Below, one piece after another: positions 23,624 through 36,267 of a DNA stretch of 64,000 nt. The number at the start of each line of letters is the position of its first letter. Within the stretch, counting starts at the first letter, position 1. The DNA lies in assembly GCA_963733675.1 (NCBI GenBank), contig CAVTET010000005.1:224001-288000 (forward strand). Reading direction: 5' to 3'. The position numbers and the translations under genes are program-made. Source of the DNA: an uncultured Methanosarcinaceae archaeon (GTDB taxonomy: Archaea > Halobacteriota > Methanosarcinia > Methanosarcinales > Methanosarcinaceae). The notes beneath the pieces were generated by a model. That model saw only the letters and a program-made list of their open reading frames with translations. It searched no databases and was not told where the DNA came from.

Positions 23624-24209
23624 TTTCAGTTTCCTGATATTTTTTATATATAATGATTAAAAATAACTAAACAAATACACATGAAGTAATACTTCATTCC
23701 ATAAATTAAACAATAATACTTTAAAATTATATTTTTTTACTAACAAATATGTTGCATAAATACCAATTAGTGAACTCGTTAAAATTTCCAAAACCAAATC
23801 ATGAGAACAATATTTTAACTTACAAGACAGCTATTCAGGATAAAAAATTTAGCCTGAATTCAGATACAAGTTAAAAAAACGCTATTGAAAACGGAACATA
23901 ACTATCTAAAAATAATTTTATATAGATTCCCCCACAAAAACTATGCATAATTAAATGAATAAAAAATGAATAAAATATTCGAAAAATTATTAGGAATTTA
24001 GGAAATAACAAAAAACTATAAATTCAAAGTTAACTTTTTATATAGCATGTTCAATTCAGCTTTTCGAAAATTGAATTTCTTTCCTTCTAAATTTTTAATA
24101 CTTGTAATTTTACAAAAAATTAGCACACTAACTAAATAAATATCCAATTTGAAATCAGATTTATATGATTGAATCAAAGTTGCGCTGGCGTACCCCGCTG
24201 CAAGCAACG

Positions 24210-25064
24210 GGTTCCGTTGCAAAAAATCCTTTCTAATGATACAATAGAATAAAAAGAAAACCAAAGATAGTAACATGCTATCTAATTCCTTTAAATGGAA
24301 GCATTATGAAGGGAAAATTATCTTATTGAATGTAAGATGGTACTTAAAATATGCATTAAGTTATAGAAATTTAAAGGAAATGATGGCAGAAAGGGGAGTA
24401 AAAGTCGACCATACAACAATCATGAGATGGGTACATCAATATTCCCCTGAAATAGAAAAGAAGATAAGAAGACATTTAAGACCAACAAATGATTCGTGGA
24501 GAGTTGATGAAACCTATATCAAAGTAAAAGGTAAATGGAAATATTTTTACCGAGCAGTTGACTCAAATGGAGATACAATTGATTTCATGTTAAGTTCAAA
24601 ACGAGATAGAAAGGCAGCGAAGAGATTCTTTAAGAAAGCTTTAAGTTCTAATCATAATCAAATTCCAAGATTAATAACCGTTGATAAGAATCCAGCTTAT
24701 CCACCTGCTATAGATAAACTAAAAATTGATAAAATACTACCTAAAAACGTAGGCATTCGACAAATCAAGTATTTGAATAACATTATAGAACAAGATCACA
24801 GATCTATAAAGAGAATCGTTAATCCAATGTTAGGATTTCAGTCTTTTCGATCTGCTAATAAGACTTTAAAAGGAATTGAAGCTATAAATATGATCAAAAA
24901 AGGACAAGTAATCGATTTAAATTACTCTGTTCTTAATGAAGTCAAATACATTAATCAATTATTTGGTATAGTTTTATAATGTTAGTACATTTTCCTTGAA
25001 TGTTTTGATTTTTATTAATCACTTATAGATTTACATATTTTGTTGAAGTTTTTGCAACGGAACC
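24210..25064 (+). mobile_element. IS6-family element, copy 1 (855 bp)
   Basis: IRs GGTTCCGTTGCAAAAA and TTTTTGCAACGGAACC. Confidence 0.97.
24275..24979 (+). CDS. IS6-family DDE transposase
   Basis: Motifs WRVDETYIKVKGKW, YRAVD, TVDK and LNNIIEQDHR. Confidence 0.97.
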   Translation: MLSNSFKWKHYEGKIILLNVRWYLKYALSYRNLKEMMAERGVKVDHTTIMRWVHQYSPEIEKKIRRHLRPTNDSWRVDETYIKVKGKWKYFYRAVDSNGDTIDFMLSSKRDRKAAKRFFKKALSSNHNQIPRLITVDKNPAYPPAIDKLKIDKILPKNVGIRQIKYLNNIIEQDHRSIKRIVNPMLGFQSFRSANKTLKGIEAINMIKKGQVIDLNYSVLNEVKYINQLFGIVL

Positions 25065-25233
25065 AGCCTTAGAATCTAATTAATATCAAATTGAGTAAAA
25101 TTTTGATAAAATAAGCTTTTTTGGTTATTATTAAGAAAGTAAATTTTGTGAAAGACAATAAAAATTCACTTAATAATGGATAAATTTGCCAAAACAGCAT
25201 AATTTTAGCTTAAATTAAGGACGGAGACTCTAT

Positions 25234-26592
25234 ATGACATTATTCGGAACAAACGGTGTGCGTGGTATCGCTAATGAATACATAACTCCAGAACTGGCAG
25301 TCAATTTAGCTAGAAGTCTTGGTACATACATGGGTTCGAAAGGCACGGTTGCTATAGGATGTGACACTAGAATTTCGGGTCAGATGCTGAAATTTGCCGC
25401 AATTTCTGGAGCTCTGTCAAGAGGCCTCACTGTTATTGATGTGGGAACTGTTCCTACCCCTTCCATCCAGTATTATGTGCGCGACCATGCCGATGCCGGG
25501 ATAGTTGTTACTGCATCCCATAATCCAAGGCAATATAATGGAATTAAATTTATTGCAGGGGATGGCTCGGAATTTTCCAGGGATGGAGAAAAAGACATAG
25601 AAAAAATATATTATGCGGGGGAATATTCCATCGTATCTTGGGAGAAAACCGGCAACTTCAGTAACGATCCTGGAGTCAATGAATACTACATAAAAAATAT
25701 TATCAACTCAGTAAATGCCGAAGCCATCCGCAGCCGCAGATTCAAAGTAGTTGTAGATACAGGCTGTGGAGCAGGTTCTCTAACTCTTCCGTTTTTGCTC
25801 AGCAAACTGGGTTGCCAAATATTGACTCTTGAAGCTCAGCCTGATGGAACTTTCCCCTGGCGAAACCCAGAACCTTTACCTGAAGCCCTAACTGAACTTA
25901 CTAAACTCGTAAAAATTACTGGCGCTGACTTGGGAGTAGCTCAAGATGGGGATGCGGATAGAGTAGTCCTTATAGATGAAAATGGGGAATTCATAAATGC
26001 TGAAGTTTTGCTTGCCATGATGACAAAATATATACTTGAACATGAAAAAGGCCCTATAGTGACTCCTGTTAGCTCTTCTCAACGCATGGCCGACATTGCA
26101 AAGGATGCAGATATAAAACTATATTGGACTGCTGTCGGCTCAATCAACGTTGCCCGAAAAATGATGGAAGTAAATGCAGTATTCGGGGGTGAAGGTAATG
26201 GGGGTCTTATCTTCCCAAAACATCAGTATTGTAGAGACGGAGCAATGGCCTGTGCCGTGGTTCTTGAAATCCTGGCTAACGGAAAAAAGATTTCTGATCT
26301 TGCAAAAAGTGTGCCTGAATATTTCAACGCAAAGACAAAAGTCCCCTCTAAAAATATACAGGCCACAATGGAAATAGTGAAGCAAGAAGCTTCAGGACTT
26401 GGGTTCAAGATAGATGCTACAGACGGAATCAAAATATGGTATGAAGATGGCTGGGTTCTTATTCGTCCCTCTGGCACAGAACCTATTTTACGGGTCTTTG
26501 CTGAAGCAAAAAAGCAGGATAGAACAGAGGAACTTATGCAAGAGGGCCTGAATATGGTCAAAAGAGCAGAAAAAGCCTCAACCTGCGAATGA
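25234..26592 (+). CDS. Phosphohexomutase (PMM/PGM or GlmM paralog)
   Basis: FGTNGVRG, TASHNP, DGDADR, GGEGNGG and RPSGTEP motifs. Confidence 0.93.
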   Translation: MTLFGTNGVRGIANEYITPELAVNLARSLGTYMGSKGTVAIGCDTRISGQMLKFAAISGALSRGLTVIDVGTVPTPSIQYYVRDHADAGIVVTASHNPRQYNGIKFIAGDGSEFSRDGEKDIEKIYYAGEYSIVSWEKTGNFSNDPGVNEYYIKNIINSVNAEAIRSRRFKVVVDTGCGAGSLTLPFLLSKLGCQILTLEAQPDGTFPWRNPEPLPEALTELTKLVKITGADLGVAQDGDADRVVLIDENGEFINAEVLLAMMTKYILEHEKGPIVTPVSSSQRMADIAKDADIKLYWTAVGSINVARKMMEVNAVFGGEGNGGLIFPKHQYCRDGAMACAVVLEILANGKKISDLAKSVPEYFNAKTKVPSKNIQATMEIVKQEASGLGFKIDATDGIKIWYEDGWVLIRPSGTEPILRVFAEAKKQDRTEELMQEGLNMVKRAEKASTCE

Positions 26593-27158
26593 ACTTTCGA
26601 GTAGGCTATCAGCGAATGAATGTGAACTCTTTAATGTAGCAACTTCTTGATAAAACTTTATCACCTTTATGCAGCTTTGATAATCTCATTGGACGATGAC
26701 CACAAGGAATACAGTGCTACAATTATTCTATAAAGTAGTTTTAGAAAAAAATGATGCGCTATATAATATGAAAGTGTATCGAAAGTCCTGTAAAAATGAC
26801 TGTTATCTATCCTTTTGCTTCACTGCAAAAAATAGGATTTATCGTTTTACTTATGCATAGGTTTTATAATAAAAACGGTGCATTTAAAAACCTGTTTTGT
26901 AAGCTTACTAATTGACCTTGGATTCTGTTTTATGATGGAGAAAAAAGATGTAGAATTGATCCCATTCGTTATTTTAAATTAATTCTACAAAAAATAGTTT
27001 CTGAATAAAATTTATTTTTCCCTAAAATGTTTTAATATCTAACAATATATTAAAATTAACAATAAACTATATTAATCTTCTAATAAAAGTTTGCTCCCAT
27101 GAAATTTCCCAAAACAAAACAGAATTAATATAAAATTATTATTAGATATTCAAACATT

Positions 27159-28124
27159 TTATGGGAAAATACATTTTAGGAATAGAGGTCCAGCGTCATT
27201 CATCAGATTTTTCAAATAGAGCAGGATACCTTTTTTTAATTGTATGAAAATATCCTGGTCTAATTTTGTATCATGTAGTGTTTTCACTTTTGAAAGCTGG
27301 TCAATCGATAAATGCTGAGCTCCTTCAAGGTTAGCTCCTTCAAGGTTAGTTCCTTCAAAGTCAGCCCCTTCAAAATTAGCCTTTTTAAGGTTAGCTCTTT
27401 CAAAGGAAGCTCTTTTAAGGTCAGCCCTTTCAAGATTAACTTCTTCAAGATTAGCTTCTTCAAAGTTAGTACCTGCAAAATTAGCCCCTTCAAGCTTAGC
27501 CCTTTTAAGGTTAGCTCTTTCAAGGAAAGCTCCTTTAAAGTAAGCTTTTTCAAGATTGGAACCTTCAAGGTTAGCTTCTTGAAGATTAGCTCTTTCAAGT
27601 TTAGCCCCTTCAAGTTTAGCCTTTTTAAAATCAACCCTTTCAAGATTAGCTTCTTCAAGTTTAGCTTCTTCAAGATTAGCTCCTTGAAGATTAGCCCCTA
27701 TAAGATTAGCTCCTTGAAGATTCGCTTTTATAAGATAAGCTCCTTCAAGATTAGCTTCTATAAGATAAGCCCCTTTAAGGTTTGCTTCTTCGAGTTTAGC
27801 CTCTTGAAGGTCAACTCCATAAAGGTTAGCTCCCCGAAGGTTAGCCCTTTCAAGGTTAGCTCCGTAAAGATTAGCTCCTTGGAGGTTGGCCTCTTTAAGG
27901 TTAGCTTCTTTAAAGCTAGCCAAATGAAGTTTAGCCAATTGAAGGGTGGTCTTTTCAAGTTTAGCTTCTATAAGATTAGCCCCTTCTAGGTTAGCCTCTG
28001 TAAGATCAGCATGAGAAAGATCAACTCCTCGAAGGTTTGCCTCTTTAAGGTTAGCTCCACGAAGATCAGCTCCTTCAAGTTTAGCTCCTCGAAGGTCTTT
28101 TCTCTCTGAAATATCCATATACAA
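27159..28124 (-). CDS. Pentapeptide-repeat protein
   Basis: Roughly 50 tandem A(N/K)Lxx units, visible as a 15-bp DNA periodicity. Confidence 0.92.
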   Translation of the reverse strand: MYMDISERKDLRGAKLEGADLRGANLKEANLRGVDLSHADLTEANLEGANLIEAKLEKTTLQLAKLHLASFKEANLKEANLQGANLYGANLERANLRGANLYGVDLQEAKLEEANLKGAYLIEANLEGAYLIKANLQGANLIGANLQGANLEEAKLEEANLERVDFKKAKLEGAKLERANLQEANLEGSNLEKAYFKGAFLERANLKRAKLEGANFAGTNFEEANLEEVNLERADLKRASFERANLKKANFEGADFEGTNLEGANLEGAQHLSIDQLSKVKTLHDTKLDQDIFIQLKKGILLYLKNLMNDAGPLFLKCIFP

Positions 28125-28805
28125 CTATCTGCTTTTGAGTATAATAAACATTACTAATGATAAGAAGATATCTTCTGCTCTTCAGGATTTAGTTTTAAAA
28201 ATAATATCTGTTTATATAGTCTGGATCTTAAAACCCGCACTAAATGATAGCTACATTCTTAAGATAAAAACAGTACAGAAATGCTCTCAAATTTTAGCTG
28301 AAGCTAGGAGAATACATCGATTTTACTATAAAAAAACGATGTATGAAAAATTCCAAATCAAAATGAATCAATCATAAAAAGTAAACAAAAATGTGACTTT
28401 GAATTTACATCATATTTGCTACCCTGTCCGAAATCTATGAAACAATGAATATGATATAGGAAACATCTAAAGAAGCTCATTAAGGCACTTCGACCATATG
28501 TGGAGTTAGCTTCATCTTGCAAAAGAGTTATAATGGATTTGACGGACCTTTTTCCAACGCTTTCTTTCCAAAAGGCGCCTACATATCGTCAAATGCATAA
28601 TCCTGCTTTAAATGGCGTATCATCATGACGCTAAGGCACTTATTGATTGATTGGAAAGACTGTTTATTTTTGCTTTAGTTAGTTTATAAACCAAAAGGTA
28701 GCTCAATACTTCGCTCCTTATATATTGCGGTTCATTAAATGCTTGGATCACATAACCTTTAGTTAAGCTTTGACTCTAGGCTTAGCAGGATGACTGCATT
28801 TTCCA

Positions 28806-30181
28806 TTAAATGATTGATTGGTCATTTTTATTGGGATGGAGTCGTTTTTCTCTAGCAATAAAATCCTTTGCCAGAGCATGATAGAGGGAAACAGGGCAAA
28901 TCAACTTGCTAACGCCCGAAGCAATGACACTAGCAGCAATCAGAGGAATTGGAAGAGATTGGCGTCCTGTTATTTCCAGAATAATAACAAAGGCCGTAAT
29001 CGGCGCTTGAGTCACCCCTGCGAAATAGGCTACCATGCCTAGAAGAACGATACCTGTCACGGGTGTTGATGGAAACCATGGGGCCATTGAAGCTCCAAGG
29101 CTGGCGCCAACCGAAAGACTTGGAGAAAAGATGCCTCCCGGGATGCCACTAAATCCGGAAACTGCTGTAGCTAAAAACTTGGCAATTGTATAGAGCCACG
29201 AACCAGTATTTTCTCCATGTAACAAGCCCTTAGCCAACTCATACCCGGAGCCATAAGTCGCATTGTTCGTTATGAGACCAAAAAAAGCTATTAAAAGGCT
29301 GCAAATTGCACCGAAGATTGCAGGATGATGAATATTTCTTTTCTGGAAAAAAGCATATAATATTTTGCCCCCGTCAATGAGCATGCGGGCAAATAACCCC
29401 CTAACAATCCACCCATAATGCCGATAATTATGATTGCGATGATATCACGTTTTAAATTGTAGCCACCGACGGCATAACCGAAGTAACTGTAGTTCCCAAG
29501 GATAGAAAGCGAAGACGCGCCTGCAAAAATAATTGCAGTCAGCACTAAACTGCTGTATTTTTGCTCAAACGCACGAGCCATTTCTTCGATTGCAAAAACA
29601 ATACCTGCCAGAGGTGTATTAAAAGCTGCCGCTATACCAGCAGCAGCTCCTGCAAGAGTAACGCTGCGAGACATATCAGCCTTCATTTTTCCAAGATAGC
29701 CTCCCATATAAAGTAACCCAGCGCCTACTTGCACGGTGGGGTCTTCGCGTCCGATAGATGCACCCCCAAGAAGACCAAGCACAGTAAGGAATATCTTGCC
29801 AAAAATGTTTGATATTCCTAAAAGAGAATCTCGTTGCTAGTGCATTTCGACGGAACGCGCTGCAATGACTTGTGGAATGCCACTGCCTGCGGAGTTTGGG
29901 CAAAATCTGACGGTAAGCCAAGCAGTAAGCCCAAACAAGAGAGGACATACAATAATCGGCAAAAACCTGTTGAATGAGACTATTATCATAAAAAATTTTT
30001 GTGCATAATCGGAAATATATGCAAATCCAGCCGCGATTATCCCTATTACAACAGCGCCACACGAAAAGATAATTCTATTGCGCCATTGCTGAAAAGAATG
30101 GATGACTTTTTCAGTTTTATAAAATTTTTGTTCGATCATGGTCTTTGCTATGAGAAGTCCTGCTAAAGGCTGTTTCATCAT
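28806..30181 (-). pseudogene. ClC chloride channel/antiporter pseudogene in three frames
   Basis: GSGIP, GREDP (canonical GREGP), AAAFNTPLAG and GGIFSP motifs are split across ORFs 29837-30181, 29291-29782 and 28806-29384. Confidence 0.9.
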
Positions 30182-30464
30182 CTGTAGAAAATAGATTAAT
30201 CACCAAATCCGGTTGCTGCCATATATCCAACGGGATATTGTCGGCGATAGTGCACTTACTCTGTTACCGGTACAATCAGTTAATAGCCCTCAATTTGAAG
30301 AGAATTTACTCCCGGCGATGATGGAGCGCTTATTCGTATGTCAGTCAGTTGGCAGCATCTAAAAAACATTTTTGAATCTCCTGCTGTAACATTTCTATGA
30401 TTACTAATTGGTTGACCTTGTCAACACCTTCGGTACCCAGCTTGACGGAATATCTAGATTTTTA

Positions 30465-31638
30465 TAATTTATAATAATACTTACTATTTTTCCAATAGGC
30501 AGGAGGATTATCTTCAATTATCAAATACTTACTCTTATCAAGAATAATCTCTGAGATGACTAATTTGACTACAACTAAATTGGTTTGATGTGGTTTTCTA
30601 ATAATTTTTGATTTTTGAGTGTAAAATTCTAGTATATATATCTTCTTCGATTCTTAGATTAACCTTTGATCCAATATTTTATTAATTACTTCTTCATATT
30701 TTGTTTCTGCTTTCTTTATTAGTTCTTCAATGCTTTAGATTAGTGAATCTATTTTTTTGCCGATTGTATCCAATTTTTTTGATTGTGTTTGTATATTCTT
30801 GCTTCTACTAATTTTTTCATATTATTCGCGTCGTTCATTAAATCCTTGAAATACTTGAGTTTTTCCATTTCTATATAAGATTTGCTTTTATTTTTTAAAA
30901 CTAACATTCTTCGATCTTTCTGTTATGTTCTTGTTTATCGCGATCATTTTCTTTATTCACTTATATAACTTTCTTTATCGATTTTCCCATCTTTTATTCC
31001 TAAATTTTCAGGCATATTTCAGCACTGAGTTATTTATTCCAATGTCCTCATGTTTTCTAATTACTAACTGCAGATATGCTTCTATATAACCTGTATGCTT
31101 TGTTAGCATGTGATTTGTTTTATCGTTTTTCAGGACTCTTCAGAATTCTTCGAAAAAGTTCCAGCCAAGCTCCATCAAGGATACAGGATACCTCTTTTCC
31201 CATAGAACCTCCTGAACTTATTATCATTATTGATGTAAAAGCTTCAAGGATAGAATCGATAAGATTTAGCTTTGCCTTCGGATAGCTATAGTTTCTATAG
31301 CCCTTAAACTCCATAACTTTTCTTTATCATAAAAAAACAATATTTGGTTGGTATATTTAAGCACGCTCAACATCCAGGAAAGCACTCTGGGAGGATATAT
31401 TAAGCATATTAGTAGGAATCATTACCTGATAATCGGACATGTTTTGTAAATCTGTTGGAATAACCTGAATTTGAGTATAAGCTCCCATATTTATTGCATT
31501 TATTTTTGGTGTGTGCCCTGTTTTATACCCCCAAACTTCATTAATTTCTCTTTTTACTCCATGGCTTTTTGGTGAATCGCCTTGTGATAGCATCCATTGC
31601 TTTGGAGTATATAAGTATTGTGTGTTTTGGTTTGTCAT
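30465..31638 (-). pseudogene. Fragmented gene of unknown function
   Basis: ORFs 31357-31638 and 31120-31314 are in the same frame, separated by a stop. Coding-like K/E-rich sequence continues downstream. Confidence 0.4.
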
Positions 31639-31744
31639 AAGCGGTGCACGCAGAGTTGTGAAATTTTCAACACTTCAATAAACATGGGAATAATCCTTAA
31701 AAATTAAGCAGGGAAGGTTTAAACTTTGTTGTAACCTAACATTA

Positions 31745-32037
31745 CTTTTGAATTTTGTTCTGTATGGCTAAGTAATCTATATATATACTTTCAAAAATTC
31801 TGTGACGATAAAGGCGATCAAGGCATATTCCCATACAAAAATTGCTAGATCCCAGCCCATTGCCGGGAGTAAAAATCCATAAACTGTAATAAGAGTAGCA
31901 ATCATTTGCGTTACTATGATAGCTATGAATAAGATTTTTGCTGGTTTTACGGACCAAAAGTGACCTTTCGTTCTTGCTACAAACATGGTCAACTGGCCTG
32001 CAACTGAAAGCTTTAGGTATATAATAGTCTGAGGCAA
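31745..32037 (-). pseudogene. C-terminal fragment of a plasma-membrane H+-type P-ATPase
   Basis: QTIIYLKLSVAGQLTMFVART..FWS and ATLITVYG match the last helices of type IIIA P-ATPases. The 5' part is absent. Confidence 0.75.
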
Positions 32038-32040
32038 TAA

Positions 32041-34226
32041 ATGAATCTAGTAGAAAGCATCCAGAAATGGCTAACATTTCGATTGAGCGCAGAGCAGGAG
32101 GATCGCTTTCGACAAGCCAATTTTGGTGCGGACGTCGAACAAGCCCGAATTTGTATTCTTCTGATTGTAATGCTCATAGCAGTCCTTGTAGTCAACGACT
32201 ACTTTTTTTTTAGGCTCTCACGGATATTCTATCAGTTATTCGGATTTAGACTTGTGCTGGTTGTGTCTAGCGTCCTGTTCCTCACAAACTTGCCAAGACT
32301 TACAGACTACAAGTCCTATGATCTAGCTGAATTCTTATGGGGCCTCTTTGTATCGATCGTCCTCATCACGATGAATACGATGCGACCTGAGACATTCGTC
32401 GCTCACACAATTGTCACAGTTGTCATTGTTTTCATCACTATTCTCGCCATCCCTAATACTTTCACCAACCAGCTTACTCTGTCTCTGGTGTATACAGTTG
32501 GAGAGACGCTAGTTGTCGCACCCAGTCTATTTGTATCACTATATTCTGCCACTTCCTTCACGGTTCTTTTCAGCCTGCTCTGTGCGAACTCCTTTGCCAT
32601 TACAGCTGGTTGGTTGCTTCATTCCTCGCGCCGGATGGAATTCCTGGCTCGTGAAGAAGAACATAAAGCCAAAAAGGAAGCTGAGATGCAGCTTGCAGAG
32701 CGTAAACATGCTGAAGAAATGCTGCTGCGAAAAAAAGAAGAACTCGATGAAGCTCAACGCATCTCTCATGTAGGCAGTTGGTATTGGGATACCAAGACTG
32801 ATGACTACATCGTGTCAGATGAATTACCATGCATATTCGGTCAAGTAAGTATACCCCCATTCCAAAAACAGAAAGAAACTATGTACCCTCCTAAATCATG
32901 GGAGCTATTGAATGTAGCTATCCAAAGGGCGGTGCGAACCGGAATTAGCTATGAACTAGACCTTGAAGCTCTCCATGGAGATGGGTACACTATATGGATT
33001 ACGATCCGAGGTAAGGTTGTGCGTGACGCCTGTGGGAGAACCATTGGTTTGAATGGCACTGTTCAAGATATCACCGAACGCAAAAAATTTGAGGAAGCCC
33101 TTAAAGAAGCACACAACAGTTTAGATAAATTAATTGATGAGCGTACAGCAGAGCTTAAGAAAGCATATGAATATTTAGAAGAAAGTAGAAACAGTCTTAT
33201 TGAAGCTCAAAGAATAGCTAGCCTTGGAAATTGGAATTGGGATATTATAACAAATGAATTCTATTGTTCTGACGAAATTTATCGTATTTTTGGGCGCACT
33301 CCTCAAGAATTCTGCGCAACTTACGACAAGTTTTTAAGCCATGTACATCCAGATGACAGAGACTATGTAAATAATGCCTTAAAAGGAGCTTTAAATGGAG
33401 AACCCTATAACATTGATCATAGGATAATTTTAGCCAACGGAAAAGAACGTATAGTCAATGAGCAAGCTGAAGTTATTTTTGATGAAAAAAATATCCCTAT
33501 TCGAATTAAAGGTACAGTCCAGGATATTACGAAGCGTAAAAGGCAGAAGAAGCTCTGAAAAATATTCAAAACACCCGGAAAAAGGAAATTCACCATAGGA
33601 TCAAGAATAATCTTCAGATCATCTCTTCCCTTATTGATCTTCAAGCTGAAAAGTTCAGAGGTCGAAAAGATATAACGGACTACGAAGTCCTAGAAGCCTT
33701 CAAGGAAAGCCAATACAGAGTGATATCTATAGCTCTTATTCATGAGGAACTACATGGAGGCAGAGGAGGAGACACTGTAGTTTTCGCATCATATCTTGAA
33801 AAACTTGTTAATAACCTTTTTCGGACATACAGAGCTGGAGATGGCAATGCCAACTTAAATATTGATCTGGAAGAAAGCCTTTGCTTTGATATGGATACTG
33901 CACTCCCATTAGGAATGATTGTTAATGAACTCGTTTCTAACTCCCTCAAACATGCATTTCCCGACAGAGCTAAGGGAGAAATTCAAATCAAACTTCATAG
34001 AGAAGAAAACAAAAACGAAGGCTTTAAATTTACCTGTTTTACCCTGGAAGTCTCGGACAATGGCGTGGGCATTCCTGAGAACTTTGAAATTGAAGATCTT
34101 AATAGTCTTGGATTTAAGCAGGTAGCTTCCCTTGTAGATCAATTAGGTGGGAAATTTGACCTGAAAAGGTACAATGGCACGAAATTCACGATGAGGTTCA
34201 AGGTAATAAAAAAGGATAAGCATTAA
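32041..34226 (+). pseudogene. Membrane PAS-PAS sensor histidine kinase (HisKA_2), frameshifted at about 33540
   Basis: Membrane region and two PAS/PAC units (GTVQDITERK). In the shifted frame follow EIHHRIKNNLQ, NELVSNSLKHAF, DNGVG and SLG. Confidence 0.9.
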
Positions 34227-34717
34227 CTAATATAAAATGTACCGTTTTTATGGTAAAACTTATGCATTATCTTAGTTTCAGCCAAAGTTTGAGAACATTT
34301 TTACACTTATCTAAAGGAAAAAGCATACATTTTATCAAAATCAGTGCTGCAAAAACAGTCAAAATATACATATCTTTACTTTTTGACGAATCAAAAATAA
34401 GTAGTGTCTGTGAGCTATTGATCAATTCCGAAAAAAACTGTACATCTCCACAAGTATTTGAAGAAAAATATACCGAGATTCTTTTGATTAAGGTTTTCAA
34501 CAACTTACAACCGTTGCCTAAAAAAGTAGATCTGATTTTGGAATTATTGGTTATAGGTTAATAAAGTACTGAGGTTAGCTAGGTTGTTGTGCTGAGAACC
34601 AAAGCTAGAAAGCTAGTTTAGAAAAATAATACCTTAAGCTCCCGAAGCAAGATAATTTAGCTATCTGTTTTGAATATTATCGAGAGCTTTTAAGCAAGTT
34701 ATTCCGAGATTTCGATC

Positions 34718-35965
34718 CTAGTTATTAATTTTTGCAATAAGTGATTCTACAGATCTTTTATCACCAATCTTGCCGAGAGCTTCTGCTGAAATTGCTCTGA
34801 TATTGTTATCAAAACCTTCATTTAATTTTTTAATAAGTGGCTCTACAGCTCTTATATCTCCAATATTACCAAGAGCTTCTGCTGAATTCCCTTTAACACC
34901 ACTGTAAAAATCGCCCAATTTTTTAATAAGTGGCTCTACAGCTCTTATATCTCCAATATTACCAAGAGCTTTGGCTGAACTCGCTCTGACATTGTTGTCT
35001 GAATCATTGTCTAATTTTTCAATAAGTTTTTCCACAGCTCTTTTATCACCAATATTGCCGAGAGCATTTATTGAATTCATTTTGACACCGCTGTTAGAAT
35101 CATCCAGTTTTTTAATAAGTGGTCCCACAACTCTTTTATCACCAATCTTGCCAAGAGCTTCTGCTGAAACGCTTCTGATATAATCATTAGGGTCGTTCAA
35201 TTTTTTAATAAGTTCTTCAACAGCACGTTCATCCCCGATACTATCAAGAGCTTTTATTGAACTCACTATGACTCCGAGGTCAAAATGATTAATATTTTTG
35301 ATAAGTTGTTCAACAGTTCTTTTATCCCTAATATTACCTAGAACATCAGCTACTTTGCTTTTAATATTTGAATTTCCGCATTCTAACAATTTAATATATA
35401 ATTCAATATCTTTGTTCTTTTGGTTCTCTGATATTAGATCCCACTTATCTGCATCTGTACTCAGAGATAAATAACATGCCTCTATATCTCTACCTTGGGA
35501 CAGATTGTACAACATTTCTTCATGTGTATTTAAGCCGGTTACAGTGCTTATTATCCAAAAAGAAAAGTAAATAATTGCGATTAATGATGAAAATAGTGAA
35601 ATTAAAGAGCCAAAGTACAAGACACTAATTTCTAATCCTATAGGTTTATAAAAACTGAAAATAAAAAGTACAAATCCATTAAAATAAATAGTAATAGCAA
35701 TTGTATAAGACACAAATTTAAATGGCGGTTTTAACAAATCACCAATTAAACTAGTAGCTTTTTGATTATTTTTTTGTATACTTAATACCAAAACCGCAAT
35801 AAATAGGGCATATAATGCAGCTATTGTTTCCATTATTGAAGAGGGCATCCAGAAATAATTGCTCAGATCCCGATTTCCATTCATATTTTTAGTGATTTCA
35901 ATAACGATACAACTGAGTATAATGATAATGATTATTAAAGTCATTTCTAATTTGTATCGTCTCAT
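34718..35965 (-). CDS. Membrane-anchored HEAT (PBS-lyase-like) repeat protein
   Basis: About four N-terminal TM helices, then about seven repeats of A..ALG.IGD.RAVE.LI.KL. Confidence 0.88.
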   Translation of the reverse strand: MRRYKLEMTLIIIIIILSCIVIEITKNMNGNRDLSNYFWMPSSIMETIAALYALFIAVLVLSIQKNNQKATSLIGDLLKPPFKFVSYTIAITIYFNGFVLFIFSFYKPIGLEISVLYFGSLISLFSSLIAIIYFSFWIISTVTGLNTHEEMLYNLSQGRDIEACYLSLSTDADKWDLISENQKNKDIELYIKLLECGNSNIKSKVADVLGNIRDKRTVEQLIKNINHFDLGVIVSSIKALDSIGDERAVEELIKKLNDPNDYIRSVSAEALGKIGDKRVVGPLIKKLDDSNSGVKMNSINALGNIGDKRAVEKLIEKLDNDSDNNVRASSAKALGNIGDIRAVEPLIKKLGDFYSGVKGNSAEALGNIGDIRAVEPLIKKLNEGFDNNIRAISAEALGKIGDKRSVESLIAKINN

Positions 35966-36267
35966 AATTTTCTAAGTACCTAGCAAATCCTATTAAATCT
36001 TATTGAATCTGATAAACATTTGGATAGTTTGATTTCATATCGCGCTGTTGGTCGTTTTGGACTTACATGCTTGAGGTACAAAATCCAATACAATGAATAC
36101 GGTGGTTTAAATATTCATTTTGAATAGTTGGAGGTTTAAATGATATTAATTTCACAGTTCAATTGCATAAGTTTTATATTGTTTATCTCCAGAAGCTATT
36201 CACACTTTTTGGTTAATTTATATACATGTCCTACTTAATTTAAGTAGCTTTTAATTGCCTATTAGCC

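Noticed and set aside
27284-27989. Long alternative-frame and antisense ORFs (FKVSS and LKELT repeats)
   Set aside because: They are shadows of the 15-bp periodic pentapeptide-repeat gene.
27300-28100. Regular repeats suggesting a CRISPR array
   Set aside because: The repeats are coding and degenerate, with no unique spacers and no cas genes. The same applies to the HEAT and TPR repeats.
30182-30460. Possible fluoride riboswitch upstream of the ClC gene
   Set aside because: The GGCGATG-like motif is on the wrong strand, and the protein has GSGIP (chloride-type), not a fluoride-exporter signature.
34250-34561. Overlapping 103-aa and 78-aa ORFs
   Set aside because: No motif or RBS; probably spurious or unrecognisably decayed.
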